Shown: piece by piece, positions 1-13,829 of the stretch
Position numbering within the stretch: position 1 is the stretch's first letter
Layout: every line of letters begins with the position of its first letter
DNA from: the human T2T-CHM13v2.0 reference genome, Homo sapiens
Length of the DNA: 64,000 nt
Direction: 5' to 3' (one strand)
Assembly (NCBI RefSeq): GCF_009914755.1
Contig: NC_060929.1
Position numbers and translations under genes: made by a program
The notes under the pieces: model-generated
Seen by the model: the letters and a program-made list of their open reading frames with translations, nothing else
Told to the model about the DNA's origin: nothing
Database searches by the model: none

Positions 1-254
1 TATCATTTAGGGTAATATTAACAGAGGTTCTCTTGGTGAGACTTGATGGTATTTTGACCTACACTACTAAGATTAGAGGTTTAGAGGATTGGATGTTAAA
101 CACAGAGAGAATTTGGAGATAGTTTGGATGGATGTGTGTGATAGGAGGAAGTATATACTTTTTTATTTTTGTATTTTATAATTAGTGTAACTATTTGTAT
201 ATTTTTTCTAACCGTAGATGAGTAGATTGTACATGTAGGGTGAACAAGAACATC

Positions 255-460
255 AGCTCTGAACTCAGTCTGTCTGGTTTGAAATCCTCCCTGTGGTACT
301 TATTGTTCATTGGAATTTCAGAGGTAATTTAATCTCGATGTGATTCACTTTTTCTTCTTGGGAAGATAAGAGTGCTAATACTATAATACTACCTATCATG
401 TGGGTTACTGGGAGGATTAAGTGAAAATTCAGCTAATGTTTTTAACAGAGGCTTGTATTT
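255..460 (+). mobile_element. MIR SINE, degraded
   Basis: Resembles MIR core: 'tctgtctggtttgaaatcc...actacctatcatgtgggttactgggaggattaagtga'. Confidence 0.6.
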
Positions 461-973
461 AGTATTTAGTGAAATGAAGTATATTAGAGAAAAGCATTTA
501 TTAAACATATGAGAAGTTACCACCAATACTATCAGTGAAATCAGGAAGGAGCTTGTAAAAAGATGGTACTTTAAATAACACTGGACTACCAGAAAACAAT
601 GGGCAGGTTAATAAAGCAGGTGGGACAGAAGTGAAATCCATTGATTTAATTGAAGGAAAAAAAAACTAATCATCTTGAACATAATTACATATTAACCTCA
701 GTTAAAAATATCTTTAGCCCATAAGGCACTCTTGTAAGTTTCCAATAATACAGATTAAAGTAAAAAAAAAGTATTTAATATCAATTCATTTGTTTACTAT
801 CAATGCATTAATTTAATATCAATGCATTTTGTGAAAATTTTTATGTAGATGAATGATGATGAAGTGCTCTTACTACAAATCACAGTCTGAAAAGCCACCC
901 TATGTGTATGGTTTACTCTCCACAGTACTCTTAGCAGTGCAGTTGGAAAGTTTCTATCAAAATTTCCTAAAAT

Positions 974-1281
974 AGCCGTGCGCAGTGGCTCATGCCTGTA
1001 ATCCCAGCACTTTGGGAGGCAGGCGATTGCCTGAGCTCAGGAGTTCGAGACCAGCCTGGCTAGCATATGAAACCCCGTCTCTACTAAAAGTACAAAAATT
1101 AGCTGGGCGTGGCAGTGGACGCCTGTAGTCCCAGCTACTCGGGAGGCTGAGGCAGGAGAATCTCTTGAACCTGGGAGGCAGAGGAGTTGCAATGAGCCCA
1201 AGATTGCCCCACTGCACTCCAGCCTGGGCAACAGAGCAAGACACCGTCTCAAAATAATAATAATAATAATAATAACAAAAT
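974..1281 (+). mobile_element. Alu (AluS-type) with (TAA)n tail
   Basis: Dimeric Alu 'gccgtgcgcagtggctcatgcctgtaatccc...gtctc'; imperfect TSD aaaatttcctaaaa / aaagtttcctaaaa. Confidence 0.97.
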
Positions 1282-1659
1282 AAAGTTTCCTAAAAGGTAA
1301 ACATATTTTGGTTGAAACTGAGTAGTCATGACCCCTTTCTGCCGGGATGTGTGATAGTCAAATAGCAACTTCCCTCATTTGGGCTTCATCCTATTCATGT
1401 TACACCCTGGTTCTTTAAAAAAAATAACTGTGCAATGCTTTTTTTTTCACATCTTTCTCTCTGTATTTTTTTTTATTATGTACCCGAGGAGGTGGCTGTA
1501 TTTATTTAATAGTAAAAGACATGAAAGGAACATACACTCATAGTTCCACACTGATAGCAGTTCAATACTAGGGCTCTGTAATATCTGGAGCAACAGTAAA
1601 TAAATAACAATTATCAATGGTCTTTGTGATTTCTTCACATAACCATAGATTATTCAGAA

Positions 1660-2200
1660 ACATGATGTTTAAATATATGGAGACTTTTAAAGATATCTAA
1701 TTGTTATTGATTTCTAATTTAATATTCTTTTGGCAAGAGAATATACTCTATTTTAACCCTTTAAAATATATTAAGACATTTTTATTGCTCACTATGTAGC
1801 CTGCATTCATAAATATTACCCCATGCTTTTGAATAGAACACCTATCAAGCAGCTGTTGGATGTCATGTTCTAAAATGTGGATTAGAAAAAGTCATTGATG
1901 GTGGTTTTCAAATCTTCAATTCTTTTGGATTTTTGTATGTTTATTTTATCAAATACTAAGAAATGGTATTAAAATTTCTAGCTATGATTCCCTATTTTTC
2001 TATTTTCTCCTTTAGTTTTTTCAGTTTTCAAATCATATACTTTTCATCTGTTCTACTATGTATATATATTCAACCTTATGTCTTTTAGATGAATTGATTC
2101 TTTTTACCATTATGAAATGACATTTTAATTTTCAGTAATGTTCTTTATCATAAAATGTATCTTGAAAACATTATGTTATTAATATTACTTTATAATCAAG
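1660..2200 (-). mobile_element. Old L1M ORF2 (endonuclease region) fragment
   Basis: Antisense L1 ORF2-like text, e.g. 'gatgaattgattctttttaccattatgaaatg' and 'gatttctaatttaatattcttttggcaagagaatatact'. Confidence 0.7.
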
Positions 2201-2334
2201 GCCACTCATATATTACACTATTTTTTAAATGTTGATATTTGTATAAGATTAGTGGCTCCCAGAAATTAATATATTGTGAGATTTTATGTTGTGAGAGGAT
2301 ACAAAAAAATGAGTTGCTTCTTCACATCCACCTT

Positions 2335-2470
2335 GATTCACTAATTTATTTAATTCATTCAATACAGAGACATAGTCTGTGCCAGCCTCTGTTCTTGGTG
2401 CTGAAAATACAGCCATAAAAAGCAAAAGAGATATCCCTATCCGCTGGAGCTTACATTCATCAATAAGAGA
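2335..2470 (-). mobile_element. L2 3' end fragment
   Basis: 'attcattcaa...tgtgccagcctctgttcttggtgctgaaaatacag...ggagcttacattc' matches the antisense L2 tail. Confidence 0.7.
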
Positions 2471-2956
2471 AGCTTACCTTTTATCCATGTATACACTAGA
2501 ATTATGTAAAATTCCAGCTCGAATTTAAAGCAAATGTATCTGTTGATAATGAAATGGTCACAAATCTACTCATATTAACTCAGTTTTCTCAATAACTAGG
2601 CTTTTAGAACTGATAGCTTAAAATAAAACATTTTTTACTTTCCATTTTATAAGAGTGAGCAGCTTTGGAAGCCAAAACTGTTAAATATCTAGGTAAATAC
2701 CCACTATTATAAAATAGTTAGAAGAAAATTCTTAAAGAATAGTTATCATGAAATTAAATAGTTATTTGGACATGGCAGAAAAAAAACAAATTGTCTGGAA
2801 GTTAAGCATGTAGAAAGTATCCAGATTGAGGCTGAGAGAAAAATATAAAAATGGAAAATACAAGAAATAAATTAAATGTGTTTTGTAAAGTGGTGAAAAT
2901 ATATCATGTACTTTTTAAACTTTGAAATAATTATGGATTCCATATGCCTTTAAACC

Positions 2957-3314
2957 TTTTTAAGTTTAGGAGTACAAGTGCAGATTTGTTACATAGGTAA
3001 AATTGTGGAATCAGGGTTTGTTGTACAGATTATTTCATCACCCAGGTATTAAGCTTAGTATCCATTATTATTTTTCCTGATCCTCTCCCTCCTCCCACCC
3101 TTTACCCTCAGAAAATTCCCAGTGTATGTTGTTCCCCTCTATATATCCTTGTGTTCTCATCATTTAGCTCCTGCTTCTAAGTGAGAATATGTGGCATTTG
3201 GTTTTCTGTTATTGCATTAGTTGTTAAGGATTATGGTCTCCAGCTCCATCCATGTCCCTGTAAAGGACATGACCTTGTTCTTTTTTATGGCTGCATAAAA
3301 TTCCATGATTTATG
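2957..3314 (-). mobile_element. L1PA (older, ~L1PA13-16) 3' end
   Basis: 'gtacaagtgcagatttgttacataggtaaa...gattatttcatcacccaggtattaagc...ttttttatggctgcata'. Confidence 0.88.
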
Positions 3315-3785
3315 TCAGAATCCCATAAAGTGAGAAGAGAGAGCATTAGTCCAGACAATTTGAAGAGCTACTGGCTAAATATTTTCTAAAACTGGTGAGA
3401 TATAGCCCACATAATTTATCTCTAAATAACCCTATATGAAAAAACAAAACAATATAAGAAAGAATAACAAAAAAGCACCTGGGTCATATTATGTTAAAAT
3501 TCTTGAGATTTAAAAGGAAAGATACATTTTAAGTAGATAGAGGGAAAGTAAAGGACATATAACCTTCAAAGGGACTACCATGGTGGCACTCTGAAAGGAC
3601 AGAAGGCAGAGGAGAGAGGATGGTGTGACAACATTCTCAATGTATGCAAACTGGAAAGTTGCTTAACTATTATAATATTATTAAAAATAGAATTTAAGAC
3701 AAGTTAATATTAAAAGCATAGGATTTTTTTCTTACTAAAATGGGACTAAATTAAACAGAGAAATGCAAAAATGCAAAATGTTTAT

Positions 3786-3831
3786 GCACCTGACAATGTA
3801 GTTTCAAAGCACCTGACAAGGTAGTTTCAAA
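3786..3831. repeat. 23-bp tandem duplication
   Basis: gcacctgacaatgtagtttcaaa followed by gcacctgacaaggtagtttcaaa (1 mismatch). Confidence 0.9.
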
Positions 3832-4780
3832 ATACATGAAGTAAAATTCATTAGAACTAAAATGAAAGATAGATCAATACACAGTCACAATTGGAGATGT
3901 CAATTCATTTCTCTCAGCAACTAAAAAACAAGCAAATAAAAATCAAGGAGGCATTAAAAAGCAGCAAGAATAGATTATCTAAACAACATGATTTAAAAAC
4001 TTGATCTATATGACAAATATAGAGTGCTGTACCTGCCCAATGCAGAATAAATACAATTTTAGTGTCTATAAAATACTTGATAAAATATACCATATGCTAG
4101 ACAATAAAGAATTCTCAAATTCTCAAAATAATTGTGATTAGTAATTGTGCAGAGTATATTCTCTATCCGTAGAGAAATGTAGGTAAAAATATGCAACAGA
4201 AAGATAACTTAAAAATTCCATTAAATGATTGGGAAATAGGCAATACCAAATTATGTAAGCCAAGCATTAAAGACGTCACATGGGAAATTAGAAAATATTT
4301 TAAACTAAATCATAATGTAAATACTATATATTAAAATGCTCAGAATAGAATCAAAGCAATATTTAATGAAAATGTATAGCCTTATATCTGTCAAATTAGA
4401 AAAAAATTTAAAAGTCTGAAGATCAATTATTTAAATATCTATTTCAAGAAACTTTATAAGCAGTGTACATGTGAATAAAAGCAAAAATATTAATGAAATA
4501 GCAAATACATTATAGAAAATCAAACAGTCTTAATTACTTTGAAGATATTAAACATTTGCATATTTCAAAACACTCATCAAGAAAAACGAAAGAAAACACA
4601 AATGCCAATATTAGGAAAGAAAAGAGTGGTATCACTGTAAATCTTACACATAATAGAAAAATAATAAAAGCATATGATGAACAACTTAAAGCGCCAAAAC
4701 TTGATTAATAACTAAAATGCATACCTTTCTTGAAAAAGGAAATTTACCAAACTTGGAAGAAAAAAATTCCTTCAGTTCCA

Positions 4781-5849
4781 CAAAAGCAATGGCAACAAAA
4801 GCCAAAATTGACAAATGGGATCTAATTAAACTAAAGAGCTTCTGCACAGCAAAAGAAACTACCATCAGAGTGAAAAGGCAACCTACAGAATGGGAGAACA
4901 TTTTCACAACCTACTCATCTGACAAAGAGCTAATATCCAGAATCTACAATGAACTCAAAAAAATTTACAAGAGAAAAACAAACAACCCCATCAAAAAGTG
5001 GGCAAAGGATATGAACAGACACTTCTCAAAAGAAGACATTTATGCAGCCAAAAAACACAGGAAAAAAAATGCTCATCATTACTGGCCATCAGAGAAATGC
5101 AAATCAAAACCACAATGAGATACCATCTCACACCAGTTAGAATGGCAATCGTTAAAAAGTCAGGAAACAACAGGTGCTGGAGAGGATGTGGAGAAATAGG
5201 AACACTTTTAAACTGTTGGTGGGACTGTAAACTAGTTCAACCATTGTGGAAGTCAGTGTGGCAATTCCTCAGGGATCTAGAACTAGAAATACCATTTGAC
5301 CCAGCCATCCCATTACTGGGTATACACCCAAAGGATTATAAATCGTGCTGCTATAAAGACACATGCACATGTATGTTTATTGCGGCACTATTCACAATAG
5401 CAAAGACTTGGAACCAACCCAAATGTCCAACAATGATAGACTGGATTAAGAAAATGTGGCACATATACACCATGGAATACTATGCAGCCATAAAAAATGA
5501 TGAGTTCATGTCCTTTGTAGGGACATGGATGAAACTGGAAACCATCATTCTCAGCAAACTATCGCAAGGACAAAAAACCAAACACCGAATGTTCTCACTC
5601 ATAGGTGGGAATTGAACAATGAGAACACATGGACACAGGAAGGGGAACATCACACTCTGGAGACTGTTGTGGGGTTGGGGGAAGGGGGAGGGATAGCATT
5701 GGGAGATATACCTAATGTTAAATGAAGAGTTAATGGGTGCAGCACACCAACATGGCACATGTATACATATGTAAGAAACCTGCACATTGTGCACATATAC
5801 CCTAAAACTTAAAGTATAATAATAATAAAATAAAAATAAAAAATAAAAA
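4781..5849 (+). mobile_element. 5'-truncated L1PA (L1PA4-like): ORF2 C-terminus, 3'UTR and A-rich tail
   Basis: ORFs 4717-5118 and 4998-5615 translate to L1 ORF2p C-terminus ([25 protein letters not shown]; [18 protein letters not shown]; MFSLIGGN); 3'UTR 'cctaatgttaaatgaagagttaatgggtgcagcacaccaacatgg'. Confidence 0.96.
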
Positions 5850-6586
5850 GTTTAACCATCTTAAGCCAAATAAATATGACTAATTTTTCTTTGAAAAAAA
5901 AGAAATAATCGTTGATAGTTTATAAGTCAAAAAAAAAAAACAAAAGTAAATTTTTAATCAAAAGCATTTTTAGAAAGGGACCTCCAGGCACAAATGGTTT
6001 CACTGGTGAATTGTTATAGATGTTTTAGAGAAAAATGAAACCATCTTTAAAATTTTTTTTCACACAATGGAAACAGTAAGTATACATGTTATCTTAGTTT
6101 ATAAGGCCAGGACATTGTAAGAAAAGATAATTACATGTTAATCTCTCTTATAAATACAGACCTAAGAGTGCAAAACTAAATATTTGCTAATTGAATCCAG
6201 CCATATAGAAAAAATAATATCTCACAATTCGGAAAACTAGAAACATAGGAAATAAAAATTATCTAATAAAGAATATTTATAAAATGCCTATTGTAAACAT
6301 CATATACATTGACACATTGTTGAGAACATTTTTACTGAGTTCAGTCTCTACTGAATTCAACATGATGAAGTCCTAGGCAAAGCAATAAGGTAAGAAAAAG
6401 TACCTATGTAGAGGATTTGAAAAGTGGAAATAAAATTTTCATTTATTCACATATCACATTGGGGCTGGAAAAAGTTCTATAGGCATCTAACGAAAAACTT
6501 TTAGAACTAAGTCAATATCAAACAGTTACCTGGGTAATAATGTATATTTCTATGTATTAGCAAATATTAAAATGCTTTAGTTGTAG

Positions 6587-6760
6587 TAATATCAAAACAG
6601 TAAATGTGTAGAAATAAATTTAATCTAAAATACTGATTTTTATTCTTAATAGTTAAAGAAATCAAAATAAGTGTAATATCAAAACAGTAAATGTGTAGAA
6701 ATAAATTTAATCTAAAATATTGATTTTTATTCTTAAAATTTAAAGAAATCAAAATAAGTG
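6587..6760. repeat. 87-bp tandem duplication (2 copies) inside old L1
   Basis: 6587-6673 vs 6674-6760, about 3 mismatches; explains the 29-aa repeat in ORF 6567..6776. Confidence 0.95.
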
Positions 6761-8377
6761 GAGAGATATACCACATTCATATAAAATCATAATCATTAGG
6801 CAAATAGATTTTCTTATTGGGAATTGATAAAAATTGACTATTAATAGCCAGATATAAAAGATTTATATGATATCATTAATGTAAAATTTTAATCCAGTGA
6901 TATTAATATTTAATTTAAAAATTCAGAATTGTACTGCCTTTTTGGGGCAGTGGATGAGGTGTATTGATTTTGATAGGGGATAAGGAAGGCTTTCATTGTG
7001 CTAGAAATAATCTTTGTCTTCATCTGGATGGAATTTTCTAGACGTACTTGTTCATAAAAATCTACTAACCTTTTATGATTAAGGCAAATTATTTTTATTC
7101 AATTATATTAAATATTAATTTCTTAAAAAAGAAAAGATGTCTATATAACTTAAATAAAATTGATATAAGCTTAACATGGAGGAAGAAAATCTGAGAAAAT
7201 GACTGGAAAAATCCATGGTATTTACATCTTTTAAAGTTTCTTCAATAATAAACGAGCAACATATTATTTCAATGGTGATGAAAATGACAGATACACTTAA
7301 CTATTTCTGTGACTTCCATGTGTCATTTTAACACTTTATGGTGAATGAGTGCATCTCTTTAGAAACTTTAAAATATCAGTAAAATATTCAATTTTATTGA
7401 TGTAGATATTGAAAAGCCCCTAATTTGAATGGCCCCAAATCCTAAATATTGTTTATAATATCATTTATTATATGTATAATAAGTTATGTATACATATAAT
7501 ACCTATCTATAATATATAACTCTATAAATTTAAGTCTTTTAATTCTGCTCTAATAGGTCATTTTAATTAAACTGCTTGAATATTTGATAGTCAATGGAAT
7601 CATGGTTTCACTTGTTGAAACTACTCACAATACTTTTTTTCCATTAGGTTCATTATATGTTACTTTTTTATTTTAAATATTAATTTATCTCATTTTAAGA
7701 TACATAATTTTTCTCTCTTTTTGTTTTGTTTTGTTTTGTTTTCATTGATAAAAATTACTTCTTATCATCAAGTTTGACCTTTTAAGGTTTAGGGCACCAT
7801 TATTTTTCCAGGCCACCCAACTGTTCCATATTAGAATAGAAATGAACTAAACCCCTGTAAATATATGAATTGTTAGGTGTTGATAAATGAAATGCTCATT
7901 GCATTAACAAAAAGCCATTGACAGCAGAAATAAAATTATACATCAGAGTAAGGATTCAAAGCATGGTGAGTATAAGCTTTTGGTTAGCTAAATATATAAT
8001 TTTTACCGAAGACATTCGTCTTTCTGTCTTCTTGACAAAGTTTTAATAATATTTCTTTACTTTTGTTTCAGTAAAATTAGAAGTACATAGGAGATAATAA
8101 AAGCTTCCCTAGACTAAGAATGAGGAGATCTGTATCCTAAGTACACAATACTATTAACTAACATTCAAACGTGGCTCAAAGTTATCTCAAATTTGCTGTT
8201 TAGAATCCTTCTTTTGAAAAAGATTTTGTAAGCCTTAATTATGCCACAATGACCTTAAGGTCAACTGATGCGAAGTGAGGGAATAGGCAAGACAAGTGTA
8301 ATGTCAGATTAGGGTTACAAAATTGCTCCAAACTTGATGTAGTACCCAGAAGCTCTAGGAAAAGCATTACAATTTAC

Positions 8378-9183
8378 TTTTTTTTAAAAAAAATTATACT
8401 TTAATTTCTAGGATACATGTGCAGAACGTGCAGGTTTGCTACATAGGTGTACATGTGCCATGGTGGTTTGCTGCACCCTTCAAGCCATCATCTACGTTAG
8501 GTATTTTTCCTAATGCTATCCCTCCCCCAGCCCCCAACCCCCTGACAGGCCTCAGTGTGTGATGTTCCCCTCCCTGTGCCCATGTGTTCTCATTGTTCAA
8601 CTCCCACTTCTGAGTGAGAACATGCAGTGTTTGGTTATCTATTCTTGTGTTAGTTTGCTGAGAATGATGGTTTCCAGCTTCATCCATGTCCCTACAAAGG
8701 ACATGAACTCATTCTTTTTTATGGCTGTATAGTATTCCATGGTATATATGTGCCACATTTTCTTTATCCAGTCTATCATTGATGGGCATTTGGGTTAGTT
8801 CCAAGCCTTTGCTATTGTGAATAGTGCAGCAATAAACATACGTGTGCATGTGTCTTTATAGTAGAATGATTTATTATCCTTTGGGTATATACCCTGTAAT
8901 GGGATGGCTGGGTCAAATGGTATTTCTAGTTCTAGATCCTTGAGGAATCGCCACACTGTCTTCCACAATGGTTAAACTAATTTCCACTCCCACCAACAGT
9001 GTAAAAGCATTCCCTTTTCTCCACATCCCCTCCAGCATCTGTTGTTTCCTGATTTTTTAATGATTGCCATTCTAACTGGCAAGAGATGGTATCTCATTGT
9101 GGTTTTGATTTGCATTTCTCTAATGATCAGTGATGGTGAGCTTTTTTTCATGTTTGTTGGCTGCATAAATGTCTTCTTTTAAG
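8378..9183 (-). mobile_element. 5'-truncated L1PA (L1PA7/8-like) 3' end
   Basis: 'atacatgtgcagaacgtgcaggtttg...gccatggtggtttgctgcaccc'; ORF 8972..9166 is the ORF2p Cys-rich C-terminus. Confidence 0.95.
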
Positions 9184-9356
9184 ACAAGTCACACCCTGTT
9201 ATTTCTTAGTTTATGAAGATTCGATAAGCTACTTCATCATATAAAAGGTGATTTTCATCCAAAATGTCCTTTTATTTTCTACATTTCAGAAAATAAAGGA
9301 ACAAAATATAATGAGGGATCAGAAGGAACCAGAATACAAAAATGGCAGAAAATGAA

Positions 9357-9433
9357 TTCCTGGGCTCAATGGATCTGCACACCTCAGCCTCCCAGAGTGC
9401 TGGGATTGCAGGCATGAACCACTGTGCCTGGCC
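9357..9433 (-). mobile_element. Alu left-arm fragment (AluJ/FLAM-like)
   Basis: 'tcctgggctcaatggatctgcacacctcagcctcccagagtgctgggattgcaggcatgaaccactgtgcctggcc'. Confidence 0.9.
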
Positions 9434-9499
9434 CATAAATATTTCAATGAGTGTATATGTGCATGTATGTGTGTATGTATATATTACATGCAGAAGGAG

Positions 9500-9730
9500 A
9501 GAGAATCACACTCAACACAGAGAGCACTACCATCACCCCCAAAGGTTTCCTCCTGTTCATTTTCAGTCAGTCTTCTTCCATATGTCAGTCTCCTGGCAGT
9601 CATTGATCTGCATTTGTTACTATAGCCTTGACTTCTCTATTCCTTCAAATAAATGGAGTCATATAGTATGTAGTCATTTGCATCTGGCTTCTTTCACTTA
9701 ATAGGATGCTTTTGAAATTCATCTATATAT
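9500..9730 (-). mobile_element. L1ME/L1MC 3' region fragment
   Basis: 'aaatggagtcatatagtatgtagtcatttgcatctggcttctttcacttaataggatgcttttgaaattcatc'. Confidence 0.8.
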
Positions 9731-9750
9731 ATTCCATATACATATGGGAT

Positions 9751-9866
9751 TTAACTATTAAATAATTCTATAAAACAAGTGCTTTTCATCTATTTCTTTA
9801 TATTTGTTTCAAATATATTAGGATTTCAGATATCCATTTTAAATAGAAGAAATGTGCACCTGAAAA
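9751..9866 (+). repeat. ~116-bp dispersed direct repeat, copy 1 (copy 2 at 10794-10912)
   Basis: Both copies read ttaactattaaataattctataaa...agaaatgtgcacct(g/a)aaaa. Confidence 0.93.
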
Positions 9867-9867
9867 C

Positions 9868-9889
9868 ATATATATGTATAGAATATATA

Positions 9890-9934
<45 letters not shown>
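9868..9934. repeat. (TA)/(TG)/(TA)n compound microsatellite
   Basis: Read directly from the sequence. Confidence 0.95.
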
Positions 9935-9937
<3 letters not shown>

Positions 9938-10166
9938 GAAAATTTTTAGTATATGCCTACATTCTTTCTGTAATTCCTCACCTCAATTTTGGTTTTAGAG
10001 TGAATATTCTAATGGCAGGTCTTTTCATAGTCATCTTAAAAAGATGCTAAATGTATATAAATTCTACAAGTGTCACTATGACATTTTCGTTCCTAGCAAA
10101 CACCAGATAGGTAGAAGCAACCCTGTAAATATTATTTTTAAAATAGTGTTTCCCATTTATGAGCAA

Positions 10167-10712
<546 letters not shown>

Positions 10713-10793
10713 AGCTAGCAAAGTAGAGTTGGTTTTGAAAATTGTATATGTGTTTATGTGTTAATTGCAGTCTATGTTGTGATATTAGGAAAA

Positions 10794-10912
10794 TTAACTA
10801 TTAAATAATTCTATAAAGCAAGTGCTTTGCATCTATTTCTTTATCTCTCTTTGTTTCAAATATATTAGGTTTCAGATATCCATCTTAAATAAAAGAAATG
10901 TGCACCTAAAAA
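10794..10912 (+). repeat. Dispersed direct repeat, copy 2 of 9751-9866
   Basis: Direct comparison: a few substitutions and small indels. Confidence 0.93.
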
Positions 10913-12759
10913 TTTCATAATTTAAATCCTGCAGGATTCATATGATCCACTGGTTGGAATCACTGATTTTTCTTGTCTGCCTCTGGACAATTTCTACACC
11001 TGCTCTCATACATATTCTCAGCATGGATCTCTGACAGCCTCCTTCTCTTTTTTTGGTCCTGCTTTGAATTAGGTTTTCTTATATTTACAATGGAGATAAT
11101 GAATCTGGGGCCTAGTCATCTCGTGAAGATATTCACAAGGTCTTTTGAAAAAACATGGATCTCTTTGTAATCCATATTCTTGTAAAGAAATAATATTGTT
11201 CTATCATGTTCATAAACACCTACCCAAATCAGAAATACAGATGACATGTAAGTCATAATCCTTTCGTCCAAGGCTTACACTCACAGGACTCATTTTCTTT
11301 TGGCATTTACTTCATGCCCCATAAAGTTTTAAAATCAATATTTCAAAGCCTCCTTTAATCAGATTTTCTATGGCCTTTATCCTTACAAAAATGTTGGCTG
11401 CTTTACATTGTACTAGGGTCTAGCTTTGTCATTCAAACTTTAGACTATGAAATTGGTTTAATTACATAGTTAAAGAATCCATAATCTGCCTAAACTTTGT
11501 AAAGAAATTCTCTGCTTTGGTATTAAAACAGGAAAGTCAATTTATGATAACAAGCTAAACAGATTATAGAACCTTTTCTTCTATAATTTTTCATGTTCTA
11601 CTTTTTTATTGGGATCTGGAAATTATTTTCATTATGGATAATTCTTAGAGAAGAACTTTATAAATACACATTACACTGTAATTAATAACAAAAACTTAAT
11701 GCCAGTTGTTGGTTTTGTATCATCTGAGATAAAAGTAGAAGCATAAATCTCCTGTCTTCTTGATTGCTAAAGATATTTCAAACCATGGCTAAAAATAACT
11801 TCATACAATCAAGTTTGACCTTTTAATATTCATAGGGGTTTATGGCATCTTTTTATTTCTCTGTTTCAGGAACCACTGTTCTTTAAAAAATGGAAAATAA
11901 GATGTAACTCTTAAAATATTTCAGAGCAAACTTTCCTGGGTTTAAAATTCTATTTATTTTTACTTTTATTTTTTTTCCTTTTAGGTATTTCAAAATATTT
12001 TTAATTTCAGTGTAATCATTATATATATTAATTCCTTAAGGTCAAAAAGCTGATACACACTGCCTAATAGTTGAAAACGAACTAGAATTCCCATAAAAAG
12101 AATGTATACTTAGTGGTTAATAAATGAAACAAAATATTTGTTTTATGTTTAAAAAGTCAATCATAGAGCCATAATTTAAATATCACATAAGAAATAGCAT
12201 TCAATGCATTTGGTGAACATAAGTCATCTCTTAGATCAATAAACACATCTGTTTTTCTGGGACTGTTAATAATTTTTTTTCCTTTATAAAAAAAATCAGT
12301 GCTGTTTTGTTTTGTCCTTTCTAGATGAGCATTCTATCACCCTCAGGGATATTTCTAATTTATTTAAAAAATAAAGAACTCTCATGTTAGATAATTTCAT
12401 AAACTATAAGAGACTTAGAGCTAATGTGGACCTCTGAAGAAATTAAGATCAGTTACTCTGGATAATTTAACCAAGACACTCTTTTATAAAACACTGTCTT
12501 TCTAATTCTTACAAAAACAGAATCCAAAACCAGAGAGATTTAGTTTTCAGACTTTCAAAGAACCAAATCCACATAAATAAAAATTAAATTTTAGTAGTTC
12601 TCTGTTACTAGGTTAGGCATAATATATTAGATATATTTTTGCCCAAGTTGGAAGAACAATTGGAATGGTCTGACTTAAATGCATATCTTATTTGATAAAG
12701 TATTAAATCTTTGGTGGTTGGATTTATATTTATTGTACAATTATTCATGGACTTGTTTC

Positions 12760-13045
12760 AAAATACAGTCTTTGGAATATAGGGTTTGACCTGGGTTTGA
12801 GTCCCAATATCACCACTCTAAATTACCAGGAAAATCCTTTAATTACAATTAGCCTCACGTTTTCTCATCTGCAAAATGAGGACAATAATACCTTATATAC
12901 ATCATAGGGTAGTTATTTGATTAAAGGGTAGTTATTTGACTATCTCATAGGTAGTTATGAGATGAGGCACATAAAGTACCCAGCACAGTACCTGGTGTAC
13001 AGAAAGTGTTCATTAACATTTGTTAGCTATTATTGGTATTATTAT
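12760..13045 (+). mobile_element. MIR
   Basis: 'gacctgggtttgagtccc...gcctcacgttttctcatctgcaaaatgaggacaataatacc...cagcacagtacctgg...ttagctattatt'. Confidence 0.88.
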
Positions 13046-13503
13046 TACACTTAGGCAGTTGTTGTGAATGTTAGTGATTGCCACAAAGATAAACAAATTG
13101 GACTTCTGAATACTACTGGTACAGATAGCAGGTATTTGCGTGTGTTGGGGGTGGAGGACAGCTTTCTCCTCTTGTGTCACTAGTTCATTCATTAAATACA
13201 ATTCAACAAAGTTCAACCATCCACAATTATTCCCTGTTAATATACAAATATTTATTAGCAACTGTCATCTATATAGTATCTACTGTATAATATATAAAGA
13301 GCCAGTGGGTAACATTTTAGTAGTATAAGGCATGGATGGTCTATGTTCTTAAATAATTTGTATTTTGGCTGAATTAAAGAAGACTAATTCCTACAGGTCA
13401 TTCACACACAACATAATGGACTATAAACTCAAAGGCTAAATATCATAGCAAAAGTGTTGATGTGGTAGTGTATTGGTAAGAAGTTCTCCAACTTCTTACC
13501 TAT

Positions 13504-13562
13504 TTATTTAATACCTATGAATTATTCCTTATTCCTTATTTAATACCTATGAATTATTCCTT
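13504..13562. repeat. 32-bp-period tandem duplication
   Basis: ttatttaatacctatgaattattcctt occurs twice. Confidence 0.85.
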
Positions 13563-13739
13563 TCTCCAATGGTTCAGATGAATACTAAAATTACATGAAA
13601 ATTCCTACATCTTATTTTGGGGAAACAAAACGTATTCAGAAATAGATAAAATGTGGGTTCTTCAAATGACCCAGTTTAATAGACAATAATGTTGAAATGA
13701 CTAAATTTGGACCCTGCAGATAGATGGATAGATAAATGC

Positions 13740-13740
<1 letters not shown>

Positions 13741-13788
<48 letters not shown>
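13741..13788. repeat. (TAGA)12 tetranucleotide STR
   Basis: 48 bp of perfect TAGA, with degenerate units from ~13718. Confidence 0.98.
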
Positions 13789-13829
13789 CATCAGCATAGA
13801 TAAGGATTAATCTGCAATCTATACTTTAC

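Larger units (their letters stand above)
2720..7135 (+). mobile_element. Old L1M (L1ME-like) remnant with ORF1, ORF2 and 3' end pieces, interrupted by two younger L1PA insertions
   Basis: Degenerate ORF1 (~2720-3580); EN motifs 'aatgtttatgcacctgacaa' and 'attggagatgtcaattc'; 'ccaggcacaaatggtttcactggtgaattg' (PGPDGFTGEF-like); L1ME-type 3' end at ~6850-7135. Confidence 0.7.

Noticed and set aside
6567-6776. ORF with an internal 29-aa repeat
   Set aside because: Artefact of the 87-bp DNA tandem duplication in an old L1.
12906-12960. agggtagttatttga mini-repeats
   Set aside because: Small slippage duplications inside a MIR with no further structure.
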